Below are positions 30,253 through 39,627 of a stretch of DNA of 64,000 bases, one piece after another. The position numbers were made by a program, and so were the translations under genes. Origin of the DNA: Candidatus Hadarchaeota archaeon (lineage in GTDB: Archaea > Hadarchaeota > Hadarchaeia > Hadarchaeales > JAGGTB01); contig CAYLJV010000003.1 in NCBI GenBank assembly GCA_964384105.1, positions 64,001 through 128,000 of the forward strand, read 5' to 3'. The notes under the pieces are model-generated. The model ran no database searches. It was not told the origin of the DNA and saw only the letters and a list, made by a program, of their open reading frames with translations. Every line of letters starts with the position of its first letter. The stretch's first letter is position 1.

Positions 30253-32454
30253 ATGAGAGTTCTTTTTGTGGATGATGAACCTGAGCTTCTTGAGCAGGCT
30301 AAACTATTTTTAGAGAAAGATGACGACCTGCTTGAGATAAAAACGGCAACTTCTGCGGAGGAAGGTTTGGACCTCATTGAAGACGAGAGTTATGATGCCG
30401 TAGTTTCTGATTATCAAATGCCCGGCTTAAACGGTTTAGAATTTTTAAAGATCTTGAGAGGTGATATGGAGGTTGATCTTCCTTTTATTGTTTTTACTGG
30501 AAAGGGCCGGGAGGAGGTGGCTATGGAAGCATTAAATCTTGGAGCAGATCACTATTTACAAAAAAGGGGTTTTCCAGAGGCCCAGTACAAGGCGTTAGCT
30601 AATGTTGTAATTAAGGAGATAAAAAGGAAAAAGTCAGAGTCCGCTCTGCAGGAGAGTCAGAGGAGGTTATCTACCTTGTTGAAGAACCTTCCAGGTATGG
30701 CTTACCGCTGTAGGGTGGATGAGGATTGGACGATGTTATTCGTTAGTGAGGGTGGATATGAACTTACGGGTTATAGATCGGAGGATTTAGTGAATAACTC
30801 GAAAGTTTCTTATAAAGAATTGATTCACCCAGAAGATCGCGTTTATGTTAGAGATGAAATCCAGAAATCCATCCAAGAAAAAGAACCATTTCAGGTGGAG
30901 TATAGGATAGTAACAGCAAACGATGAAGAAAAATGGGTTTGGGAGCAAGGACGTAGAGTTCCATCAAGCGAATCTGGGAAAAATTTGCTGGAGGGGATAA
31001 TTATAGATGTGAGTGAACGCAAGAAAATTGAAAAAGATCTTTATTTCGAGAGTAATCTCCTGTCTTCACTTTTAAATTCAATTCCAGATTTTGTTTATTT
31101 CAAAGACAAGGAGGCTAGGTATATAAGGGTCAGTAAGGCTTACGCTGAATCTCTTGGATTAGATATAGAAGAAATAATGGGAAAGAACGTACTCGATCTT
31201 TATCCTGAGAATGAGGGGAGGAGGATGCATGAGGACGATATGAAGGTTATCGAGGAGGAGAAGGTTGTTGTCGATAAAGAGGATAGAATCACTCTTCCTA
31301 GTGGGGAGACACGGTGGATGTCTACTACTAAAACACCTCGATATGATTCGGAGGGAAATGTTATCGGTATGATGGGGATTTCGCGAGATGTTACTGATTT
31401 CAAGGAAATAGAAATGGACCTTGAAGAAGAGAGAGATTTTGTCAAAAAGTTTTTGGAGACATCACCAGTGTTTTTTGTTGCTATAGATCCTGAAAGGAAA
31501 GTTCGAATGATGAATAAAACTATGTTGAAGAGGTTGGGATATAGTGAGGAGGAGGTTATGGGAGAAGACTATGTTTCTGAATTTATTCCAGAGTCCGATC
31601 GGAGAGAATTGGAAAAGGTATTTGATAGGATAAAGGCTGGAAAAAAGACAATTAATGAAAATAAAGTTTTGACAAAAGAGGGTGAGGAAATTCTTATAGA
31701 GTGGCGGGGAAGGCCAATATTTGGGGAAAATGGAGAACTTGACTACTTTTTTGGTGTGGGAATCGATATAAACGATCGTAAAGAAGCTGAAAAAAGAGAA
31801 GAATTTTTACATTCCCTTCTGAGACACGATTTAAGAAATAAAAATCAAATCGCTGAGGGGTATCTGGAGCTCATAATGGACTATAATCTACCGGAAAAGG
31901 CGGAGGAATATCTGGGGAAAATTAACAGAGCCATTGAAGAAGGAATAGAACTCATTGAGAAAGTTAGAACTTTAAGACAGTTAAAAAATGAGGAAAATCC
32001 CAAGGAAATAAGGATCAATTCTCTTTTAGAGAAAGTGGTTGAGGATTATCAGAGTATGACGGAAAATGGAGATATAGAATTTGTCTACTCTGGGGACTCT
32101 ATTGAGGCCCTAGGGGGAAATCTCCTTGAAGAGGCTCTATCAAACCTAATAGAAAATTCCGTGAAACACGGGGATTGTGACAAGATTAGAATATCTTGTT
32201 GTGAGAATGATGGTGAGGTAATAATTGTTGTGGAAGATGATGGAATTGGTATATCTGATGAGGTTCGAGGGAAGGTGTTCCGGAGAGGTTTTAGGGAAGG
32301 TGAGAATGCGGGTTCTGGACTGGGTTTGTATCTTGTAAGAGAGATAGTGAATAGCTATGGCGGTTCCGTTGAAATAAAAGATTCTGAGCTGGGTGGAGCT
32401 AGGTTTGATGTTTTTTTGGAGAAAGTACGAAAAGATTCAACTATCTTTTCTTAG
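30253..32454 (+). CDS. hybrid sensor kinase: REC-3xPAS-HisKA-HATPase
   Basis: VDDE...SDYQMP...FTGKG; RHDLRN; NLIENS..H; EDDGIG; GSGLGL. Confidence 0.92.
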   Translation: MRVLFVDDEPELLEQAKLFLEKDDDLLEIKTATSAEEGLDLIEDESYDAVVSDYQMPGLNGLEFLKILRGDMEVDLPFIVFTGKGREEVAMEALNLGADHYLQKRGFPEAQYKALANVVIKEIKRKKSESALQESQRRLSTLLKNLPGMAYRCRVDEDWTMLFVSEGGYELTGYRSEDLVNNSKVSYKELIHPEDRVYVRDEIQKSIQEKEPFQVEYRIVTANDEEKWVWEQGRRVPSSESGKNLLEGIIIDVSERKKIEKDLYFESNLLSSLLNSIPDFVYFKDKEARYIRVSKAYAESLGLDIEEIMGKNVLDLYPENEGRRMHEDDMKVIEEEKVVVDKEDRITLPSGETRWMSTTKTPRYDSEGNVIGMMGISRDVTDFKEIEMDLEEERDFVKKFLETSPVFFVAIDPERKVRMMNKTMLKRLGYSEEEVMGEDYVSEFIPESDRRELEKVFDRIKAGKKTINENKVLTKEGEEILIEWRGRPIFGENGELDYFFGVGIDINDRKEAEKREEFLHSLLRHDLRNKNQIAEGYLELIMDYNLPEKAEEYLGKINRAIEEGIELIEKVRTLRQLKNEENPKEIRINSLLEKVVEDYQSMTENGDIEFVYSGDSIEALGGNLLEEALSNLIENSVKHGDCDKIRISCCENDGEVIIVVEDDGIGISDEVRGKVFRRGFREGENAGSGLGLYLVREIVNSYGGSVEIKDSELGGARFDVFLEKVRKDSTIFS

Positions 32455-33074
32455 TCGTTGCTCTCTTCTATTTTTCTTTTTTCTTCTTTTCGGTTGGAGT
32501 CCTTGTCAGAGAACTGAAATATGGTTCCTGCGATGAAGAGTATCGCTCCGATAATCAGGGAAGCCTCTCTGGAACCAGTTAGCTGGAAAACAGCAGTTCC
32601 TGCTAGAATGCCTCCTATTAAGGCGGTCATAGCGGGCAGAAGTAGTCGGAAAAGAACTACTGCAATAGCAGCAAAAAGGATCCCCAAAACGATTGCTAAG
32701 GGTGGTGACAATCCAATAAGTAGGCCAGTTCCGAGGGCAAATCCGACTATACCTATCCAGAGATACGGTGCGAAGAATCCGATAACTCCACCTATTAGAA
32801 ATGAACCAATTAGTATTATGATTAGCAGGATTCCAGAGCTTGGGAAATACGAGTACATAAAGCCAAGAGCTAAGAATCCACCTATTAGAAAATTGAAGAT
32901 ATCGAATAATCTCTTTCCATAAAAACTGTAGAGGACACCTAATATCAGGAAGATTATGGGAAATGCGATTATCAGTTCATTTAGGTCTGATATCATTTCC
33001 ATTAGGCTAATCCCTTTGAGAGCTCCCATCCCTCCGAATCCAGCTAAAGTAGCGAACAATTTGCTTCCCTCCAT
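32451..33074 (-). CDS. multi-pass membrane protein (DUF4203-like)
   Basis: Gly-rich hydrophobic helices, F.GKRLF, G..FQ. Confidence 0.6.
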   Translation of the reverse strand: MEGSKLFATLAGFGGMGALKGISLMEMISDLNELIIAFPIIFLILGVLYSFYGKRLFDIFNFLIGGFLALGFMYSYFPSSGILLIIILIGSFLIGGVIGFFAPYLWIGIVGFALGTGLLIGLSPPLAIVLGILFAAIAVVLFRLLLPAMTALIGGILAGTAVFQLTGSREASLIIGAILFIAGTIFQFSDKDSNRKEEKRKIEESND

Positions 33075-33160
33075 AAATCTGCCTTTTTGGTATTTTTATC
33101 TTCCGAAAATTTTCTAAAAAATATTAATAAAAGGATAAAATTGTGGATTTTTAGCAGCTT

Positions 33161-33259
33161 TTACATTTTTTTAGCTTTTCCTGGGTGTTTCTTCTTTGCG
33201 TGCTCTTTTAGTTTCTCTTTAGAGTCGAATTCTTTTCCACATATATCACATTTTGGCAA
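33161..33259 (-). CDS. 32-aa C2H2 zinc-finger micro-protein (not in ORF track)
   Basis: GGGAGGTG RBS then TTG start: MPKCDICGKEFDSKEKLKEHAKKKHPGKAKKM*. Confidence 0.8.
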   Translation of the reverse strand: MPKCDICGKEFDSKEKLKEHAKKKHPGKAKKM

Positions 33260-33384
33260 ATTTGGACACCTCCCCATTTTATTTCTCTTTTAAGAAACTA
33301 AAACTCTTACTAAAACTTTTGTGGGTATGGTTATGGGAAAAATAAATATTATCTAAACTTTAATTTTCGAGTAGGAGGCTTATT

Positions 33385-33699
33385 ATGCCAAAATTAAAAA
33401 TAACTGTTTTGAAGACTTCTACGGAAAAGCAGTTTATTGAAGAGTATGGGGCTGAAGGGTGCGAAGAAGAGTGCCCGCTATTCGATGAAGGCGACGAATT
33501 CGTCGTCGATCCCGAAAAACCGTTTGTTCCAGATGGTTTCTGTAGTTACGCTTGGGATTCGATAATGAACTTAGTAACTCCTTTATTGCTGGGCGGAGAT
33601 TTTAGTATTTGGGATTGGACAGAGGATGATAAAACCGCAATAGCATGTTGCAATGATGGTCTTAGACCTGTTTTCTTCAAATTAGAAGCGCTCGATTAA
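33385..33699 (+). CDS. TIGR04076-like small Cys-rich protein
   Basis: KLKITV, CPLF..GDEF, FCSYAW, CCNDGLRPV.F. Confidence 0.75.
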   Translation: MPKLKITVLKTSTEKQFIEEYGAEGCEEECPLFDEGDEFVVDPEKPFVPDGFCSYAWDSIMNLVTPLLLGGDFSIWDWTEDDKTAIACCNDGLRPVFFKLEALD

Positions 33700-33945
33700 T
33701 CTGATTAGCTTTCTATAATGAGGTTTCAGAAAAAGGCGAGTTAGGAAAATATTTAGAGGAAGAATAGACATATTAATACTTCAGAGAGTTTGGGGCTAGA
33801 GTTAGTTTTAAAATGCGAACATTTTTATTGATTAACGAAATTGTGAAATGTAAAAGTTATTTAGAAAAATCCAATGATTTGGTAATCAGGAGCTAGTTGT
33901 TTAAAATATTTGATTTTCATACCATTTAGAGCTGATTTTTAGGAG

Positions 33946-34152
33946 GTGAGACTAATGAAAGGAACTGTGAAATTTTTCAACGATAGAAAAAATTACGGGT
34001 TTATAGAACCTGAAGAAGGAAGTAAAGACGTCTTTGTACATAGAAGTGACATTGAAGCGGATACTCTTAAAGAAGGTGACATTGTTGAATTTGATACAGA
34101 AGAAGAAGAAAAAGGTCTTAGAGCTGTGAACGTTAAGAAGGTTGAAGAATAA
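33946..34152 (+). CDS. cspA: cold-shock protein
   Basis: GTVKFFN...YGFI...DVFVH RNP motifs. Confidence 0.93.
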   Translation: MRLMKGTVKFFNDRKNYGFIEPEEGSKDVFVHRSDIEADTLKEGDIVEFDTEEEEKGLRAVNVKKVEE

Positions 34153-34403
34153 ATTCAATTTTTAATATTTCGGAGATAAAAAAGCGATTTTAGTACTTTC
34201 AGTTGGCCTTGTCTTAAAAGTTAACTATAAAACCAGATACCATTCAAGATCTCAAAATTTTTTGTTATTTTTTATTTTTATAATGCCTATTTGCGTTTTC
34301 TAGGAAAGATAATTTAGATATTTTGATCTTTTTCGATCTAAATTTTAATTTGTCTTAGATTCTCGTAAGGGATTAATATCGCTCTTAGAAGAGATGATGT
34401 TTT

Positions 34404-34958
34404 TCAGGATTTAGAGATCATTACCTCTGTAGCTTTTATTACGGCTTCTACTTCGTCTCCTTCTTTTAGATCTAAATCCTCTGCTGCCTCTTTTGTTATG
34501 AATGCTGTCATCTTTGAAGGTTCTACCTTTATTTTTATTTTTGCTCCGACTTCTCCAAGTTCGATATCCTCTATTTTTCCTTTTAGGTGATTTCTAGCGG
34601 ATAGTTTTGTAGACATATTTTCCCAAAACATTTTTTCTTTAATCATCTTATTTAACGTATCGTTCATCCAGTTGTATTTTCTTATGAGTTCTATCCCTTG
34701 ATCTGTAAGTTTGGATCCTCCGCCTCCGGTCCCGCCTTTTTCTGATTCAACTAATTTCAGATTTAGTCTTTTCTCAAGTTTCTTTAGTATTCCCCATGCA
34801 TGTCTATACGACATTCCCAGTATTTTGGCGGCCTTGTTCAGAGAACCCTCTTCCTCTATTGTCTGTAGAAGCTCAATTCTACCTTCTCCACCTATGGCCT
34901 CCCCTTCTATCTGCAGCCACAATTTTATTGTTGGTTCTAATTGATTCTGTTTGTTCAT
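34404..34958 (-). CDS. modE: ModE-type regulator (HTH plus TOBE/mop)
   Basis: GSLNKAA..LGMSYRHAW, GG.GGGGS.LT, SARN, IKATEV. Confidence 0.9.
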   Translation of the reverse strand: MNKQNQLEPTIKLWLQIEGEAIGGEGRIELLQTIEEEGSLNKAAKILGMSYRHAWGILKKLEKRLNLKLVESEKGGTGGGGSKLTDQGIELIRKYNWMNDTLNKMIKEKMFWENMSTKLSARNHLKGKIEDIELGEVGAKIKIKVEPSKMTAFITKEAAEDLDLKEGDEVEAVIKATEVMISKS

Positions 34959-35006
34959 CTTCAGTTACCTAGTTACTTTTTAGTGATTCGATCTAATAAC
35001 TACCAG

Positions 35007-35726
35007 TTAGAAAATTAATTCACCTGAAACAAATTTTTTCGTTTTTTCATCTCTTGGGTTTTTAAATAGTTCCTTAGTTCCCCCTTCCTCGACTATTTTC
35101 CCCTGATAAAGGTGAACTGTTCTATTTGAAAGCCGCTTAGCTTGAAATAGTGTGTGGGTTGCTATTGCTACAGTGGTATTTTTTTCTTCTACAATTTCCT
35201 TAATAGCTTCTTCAACGATTTTTGCATTCCCTGGATCAACGTTTGCTGTAGGTTCGTCCAAGAGAAGGAGATCCGGGTCGATAACAAAGGCTCTTGCCAG
35301 TGCAACTCTCTGCTGTTCTCCCCCAGATAGGTTTTTTGCGTTTTTATTCACATGATCCTGCATCTTCACAAGTTTCAGAGCTTCTGAAACTTTATTATCG
35401 ATCTTTGATTTCGAGAAGTTCCGTACTTTTAAACCATAAGCTATGTTATCTTTGACAGAAGAATTAAACATGGTCGATTTTTGAAAAACTAGTGTGACTC
35501 TTCTATTCAACTTGTAGAGTTCATCTATCTCGTCACCTCTGTATATATACTTCCCGCTAGTTGGGATGTCAAGGCTTGCTAATATCCGTAATAAAGTGGT
35601 CTTTCCAGAGCCGTTATGACCGATGAAAGCTAGGAGGTCTCCTTCCTTTATTTCTAGAGATATTGATTTTAAGGCCTCAAAGGAGCCGAACTTTTTAGTG
35701 ATATTTTCCAATTGAATGAAACTCAT
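35007..35726 (-). CDS. tupC: tungstate ABC transporter ATPase
   Basis: GHNGSGKT, LSGGEQQR, DEPT; in operon with tupAB. Confidence 0.85.
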   Translation of the reverse strand: MSFIQLENITKKFGSFEALKSISLEIKEGDLLAFIGHNGSGKTTLLRILASLDIPTSGKYIYRGDEIDELYKLNRRVTLVFQKSTMFNSSVKDNIAYGLKVRNFSKSKIDNKVSEALKLVKMQDHVNKNAKNLSGGEQQRVALARAFVIDPDLLLLDEPTANVDPGNAKIVEEAIKEIVEEKNTTVAIATHTLFQAKRLSNRTVHLYQGKIVEEGGTKELFKNPRDEKTKKFVSGELIF

Positions 35727-36436
35727 TTTCTTTCCCTTCTAAAAAGGTTTAATATCATGCTAATGGTGAAAACTATTAGGAGTAATATTATCCCAAGAGC
35801 TAATGCGATACCTATTTCTCCTCGAACTGTATACATTTGGATCGAGGTAGTTAGTACTCTGGTATTAAGGGCACTACCACTAACTAGAATATTACCTCCG
35901 ATCATCATTGCTAGCCCCAGCTCTGCTATGGCTCTATTAAATCCCGAAACGACTGAGAGAATAACTCCATTTATTCCTTCTTTTAGAACTGTTATTGTTG
36001 ACTCGAGCCGACTAGCTCCTAAAGTGATAGCTAGTTCTCTGACGTTTGTCTCAACCGCTTCAATAGAACCGGCTGTGAAGCTTATTATAATAGGAGTAAT
36101 CAAAAATGCTTGACCTACGCTGATTCCAAGAGGGGTATAAATAAGATTAAGGAAACCGAAAGGCCCAGCTGGTACCAGTAAAAGGTACAATACTAGCCCT
36201 AAAACAACTGTTGGGATACCAATCAGTGAATTAAAGAGACCCCTTACGAACCGTATTCCCCTGAATTCATGCATTCCCAAATAAACTCCTATAGGAATGC
36301 TCCAAATTGAAGCGATCAAGGTAGCGATTCCTGAGACATATATCGATCTCAGAGCGATACTCATCACTAAGGAGTCTCCAGTAATTATCAGGTGTAGAGC
36401 CTTTCGGATTCCCTCTAAAACAAATTCAAGTGACAT
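35723..36436 (-). CDS. tupB: tungstate ABC transporter permease
   Basis: P.VV.GL, GPFG, RAIAELG..MMIGGNI, TRVLTT. Confidence 0.88.
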   Translation of the reverse strand: MSLEFVLEGIRKALHLIITGDSLVMSIALRSIYVSGIATLIASIWSIPIGVYLGMHEFRGIRFVRGLFNSLIGIPTVVLGLVLYLLLVPAGPFGFLNLIYTPLGISVGQAFLITPIIISFTAGSIEAVETNVRELAITLGASRLESTITVLKEGINGVILSVVSGFNRAIAELGLAMMIGGNILVSGSALNTRVLTTSIQMYTVRGEIGIALALGIILLLIVFTISMILNLFRRERK

Positions 36437-36474
36437 TTTTTCTTTTGCTAATTGGTAACGTCTATTTTATACTT

Positions 36475-37482
36475 TTACTGATTACTGTGGAACTCTAGGT
36501 TGTGTTTAGATGCTTGGTATCTGTATTCCATTGGGCACTCAGTTCCGTTAATAAATCCGTATTCTGTTATCCAATTGTATACTGGTCCAGCACTCTCTTC
36601 TCCTTCTAGAACACTTACAGCCGGATGAAAAAGTTGACGGCCGAATTCTACAACAGCGTATTCTCCAATTAATTCTTGTGCGTCACTAGAAGTAAGCCAT
36701 TTCGTAAATCTCATTGCTCCTTCGAAATCTTTGTCATACTCCTCTGGATTAACAGGAATAACTCCGTATACATTAGTTAACTCTTTTCCTTCATCCACAA
36801 GTACTTCTAGATCTATGAGTCCTCCTGCAGAGTACGCCAAATATGTACCCATGTCGGCGAGCGTGTAGGCATCGTTGTTGTTACAGTAGTTTAGGGTAGC
36901 ACCCATTCCCTGCCCGGTACTCCTGAACCAATTCTTTCCTTTGATATCTTCCTCGTAGGAGCAACCTGCAGCGTTCCAAAGTCCGATTTCTTTTGTGTTA
37001 GTGCCTGAACCATCGTCTCTAGAAGCCCAAATTACATTTCCTTCTTCTCCTGATTTGTAAATCTCCTTTAGGGCTTCCGATGGTGTCATCCCCCCTATTC
37101 CTGCAGAATCATTAGGGGGCCCTACGATCGTGAAGAAGTTATAGGCAATTACTTTCCTATTCACTCCATAGCCGTCCCCCATAAAGGCTGCTTCTTTACT
37201 TTTTGCATGCACTAAAATTACATCCGAATTCCCCATTTTCGCATCTTCGATTGCGGCGCCTGTTCCTTTGGGTATAAAATGCAATTCTATCCCTGTTTCT
37301 TCTCTGAAAGCAGGTCCGATGGAGTTCTCGAGTAAACCGGTGTCATAAAGACTAGTCGTTGTCGAGACGGTGAGAATTCTTTGTTCTTGTGCATACTGCG
37401 TCTGGTAGTACCATATTCCTCCAGATACCGCTACTATAACCATAATTCCTACAACTAAAGCTGTTCTATTTGTAGATTTCAT
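36475..37482 (-). CDS. tupA: tungstate ABC transporter substrate-binding protein
   Basis: TTTSLYDTGL, GTGAA, SRDDGSGT, GQGMG. Confidence 0.9.
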   Translation of the reverse strand: MKSTNRTALVVGIMVIVAVSGGIWYYQTQYAQEQRILTVSTTTSLYDTGLLENSIGPAFREETGIELHFIPKGTGAAIEDAKMGNSDVILVHAKSKEAAFMGDGYGVNRKVIAYNFFTIVGPPNDSAGIGGMTPSEALKEIYKSGEEGNVIWASRDDGSGTNTKEIGLWNAAGCSYEEDIKGKNWFRSTGQGMGATLNYCNNNDAYTLADMGTYLAYSAGGLIDLEVLVDEGKELTNVYGVIPVNPEEYDKDFEGAMRFTKWLTSSDAQELIGEYAVVEFGRQLFHPAVSVLEGEESAGPVYNWITEYGFINGTECPMEYRYQASKHNLEFHSNQ

Positions 37483-37527
37483 TCTTTTTTCACCTCTTTA
37501 CTAAAAAAGTAGATAAGCTTATAACCC

Positions 37528-37614
37528 TTATGCTTTCTTTAACATATTGAATAGATTGAAGTGAAAATCTAATCAACACAAAATATTTATATCTTTATGT
37601 TTATTTAAGCATAA
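37528..37614. promoter_or_regulatory. two candidate ModE boxes upstream of tupA
   Basis: TTATG-N10-CATAT (37528-37547) and TTATG-N10-CATAA (37595-37614) upstream of an operon ending in modE. Confidence 0.7.
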
Positions 37615-37884
37615 CCGGCCAGATTTGTGAATAATCGGGGATGCTGAAATACTATCAAGAAGACCTCCTGGATGATTTTTATCGGCATTGACTCCACTGG
37701 TCTGGACCCAATATCCTTAACCCCAGGTTAACCCACAGCCTGGGGTTGACTCTTAATCCTTCTGAGACTTCCTTTTGACTCACTTGGATAAGAGCAGAAA
37801 GCATCTGGGTTTGAAAATGGGAGGGAAGATGCTAAATTCGAAGTTTATTTTTTGGGACTTACCGTTTTTTTAATCTCGGAGTTC

Positions 37885-38820
37885 TCAGATAAGATCAAAA
37901 TCCTTGAGGACTCTCTTTATCTCTTTCCTGTTTTCAGGAAGGGGTTCCCGGTCGAGCGGTGGTCTTGGAATGCCGTGATCAAATCCCATTAAATTCAGAG
38001 CGTATTGTACTGACATGGGATTCTTTTCATTTGTCTGGAACATTGCGTTATGGATTGGCATGAGTTCTTTATTTAGTTCGTAGGCTTTGGCCGTGTTGTT
38101 TTTTCGATAGGCCTCTTCCCAGACTTCAACTACTCCACTTGGATGGACATTTGCACTGACACTTATTGCGAAACTTCCACCTTGCTCGAATATGTAATCA
38201 TTTGCGGCGTCGTCACCGGATCCTAAATGGAAATCTAGACTGCGAGTTTGGATTTCTTTTCCTATCTTTCTTATTTGTTCGTAATTACCGGATGCTTCCT
38301 TTATCCCTATAGCTCCTGCGACTTTCTCGGCGATTTCGAGGGTCGTTTCGGCTTCGATATTTCTCCCTGTTCTGCCGGGCACATTGTATATTACTATTGG
38401 CAGTTCAATCTCCTTTGCGATCATATCATAATGGGAGACTATCCGGTCTTGAGGAGGGCAGTTCTGGTAGGGTGAGATCATTAAATGGGCGTCCGTTCCC
38501 GTTTCTTCCTCGACCTTTTTGGCTAGTTTGATGGTTTGCCGTGTGGTGTTCATTCCATCTCCTGCGATGACTGGAAGTTTTGTCATTTCTGCGGTTCGTG
38601 ATATGAATTCGACGTGTTCCTCGAACATTGTTTCTCCGTAATCTCCTAGAGTTGCCGCGTGTCCCGTGCAGCCTGCGGGGACTACACCGTGAACACCGTT
38701 TTTCTCAAGATAGTTGAGATGTTCTTCAAGAGCATCATAGTTTATGGATCCATCTTCGCTTATCGGGGTCGGAAGAGCGGGAAAGACTCCAATTGGTTTA
38801 AATTTTGAATCTCTACTCAT
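37885..38820 (-). CDS. dihydrodipicolinate synthase (DapA)-family aldolase
   Basis: YNVPGRTG, GIKEAS (Schiff-base Lys), SGDD; GCTGH replaces GTTGE. Confidence 0.85.
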   Translation of the reverse strand: MSRDSKFKPIGVFPALPTPISEDGSINYDALEEHLNYLEKNGVHGVVPAGCTGHAATLGDYGETMFEEHVEFISRTAEMTKLPVIAGDGMNTTRQTIKLAKKVEEETGTDAHLMISPYQNCPPQDRIVSHYDMIAKEIELPIVIYNVPGRTGRNIEAETTLEIAEKVAGAIGIKEASGNYEQIRKIGKEIQTRSLDFHLGSGDDAANDYIFEQGGSFAISVSANVHPSGVVEVWEEAYRKNNTAKAYELNKELMPIHNAMFQTNEKNPMSVQYALNLMGFDHGIPRPPLDREPLPENRKEIKRVLKDFDLI

Positions 38821-38934
38821 TACTACTTGTTAAATCTAAGATTTCCTATAAAATTTGTTAGTAAGATTCTTTGGCTTTTAAAGAAAGTTAATATTTTTTT
38901 AGTTATTTTTGACATATTTCTAGTCAGTGAAATA

Positions 38935-39174
38935 ATGGACTATGAAGACCTGGACAAGATGGTGAGGGAGGAGGGTAAAAAACCTAAGGGAGAAGTTTTC
39001 TGTCCCGAATGCGGATCCCATAGATTATATTATTTCGTAGGGGGTAGAGCGGGCTGGATTTACGAATGCAAGAATTGCGGTTATCACGGTTCGGTAGTTA
39101 TAGAGGATAGTAAAATAGCGAAGGATTTATGGAAGAGATGGAAAAAGGGTGTTAAAGAAGACGAGGATATCTAG
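38935..39174 (+). CDS. small Zn-ribbon protein
   Basis: FCPECGS...YECKNCGY; likely start MDYED. Confidence 0.75.
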   Translation: MDYEDLDKMVREEGKKPKGEVFCPECGSHRLYYFVGGRAGWIYECKNCGYHGSVVIEDSKIAKDLWKRWKKGVKEDEDI

Positions 39175-39223
39175 TAAAAAGGAAAATGTGGTTCTGATTT
39201 ATCTGAACGAGATCGTTGAAAAT

Positions 39224-39448
39224 TTATTTAGATTCTTCTTTATCGTATTGTATTTTTTTCCATTTTTCCAATAGTTTACTGGCATCTCTTGTGGCTTTCA
39301 TGGATTTCTCTATGTATTTTTTTGGCTCTTCAGGAAGGTCGGCATCTTCCAAGAGGCTAAGATAGCCTTCAATAATCTGGAGCTTGTTTCTCAGATCGTG
39401 CCTTATGTCTGATTGATAGTCCTCCTCTTCATTACTCTTTTTTGGCAT
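39224..39448 (-). CDS. stand-alone HisKA (DHp) domain protein
   Basis: IRHDLRNKLQIIEGYLSLL matches the H-box of neighbouring kinases; no HATPase domain. Confidence 0.75.
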   Translation of the reverse strand: MPKKSNEEEDYQSDIRHDLRNKLQIIEGYLSLLEDADLPEEPKKYIEKSMKATRDASKLLEKWKKIQYDKEESK

Positions 39449-39627
39449 TTCAACAGCTCTTTCCTTGTTTTTTTGGTCTCGGTGACAAAAGATTTTCGGT
39501 GTGGAGTTTGTTTTGTTTTTCCAAGTTCATAATGAAATTTGAAATCCAGCTATGGTTTAGGTTATATCTTCTGGTTAGATTTAAAAACAAAGTTAGGTAT
39601 CTTCTCATAGCATGTTGGGTGGATTAA

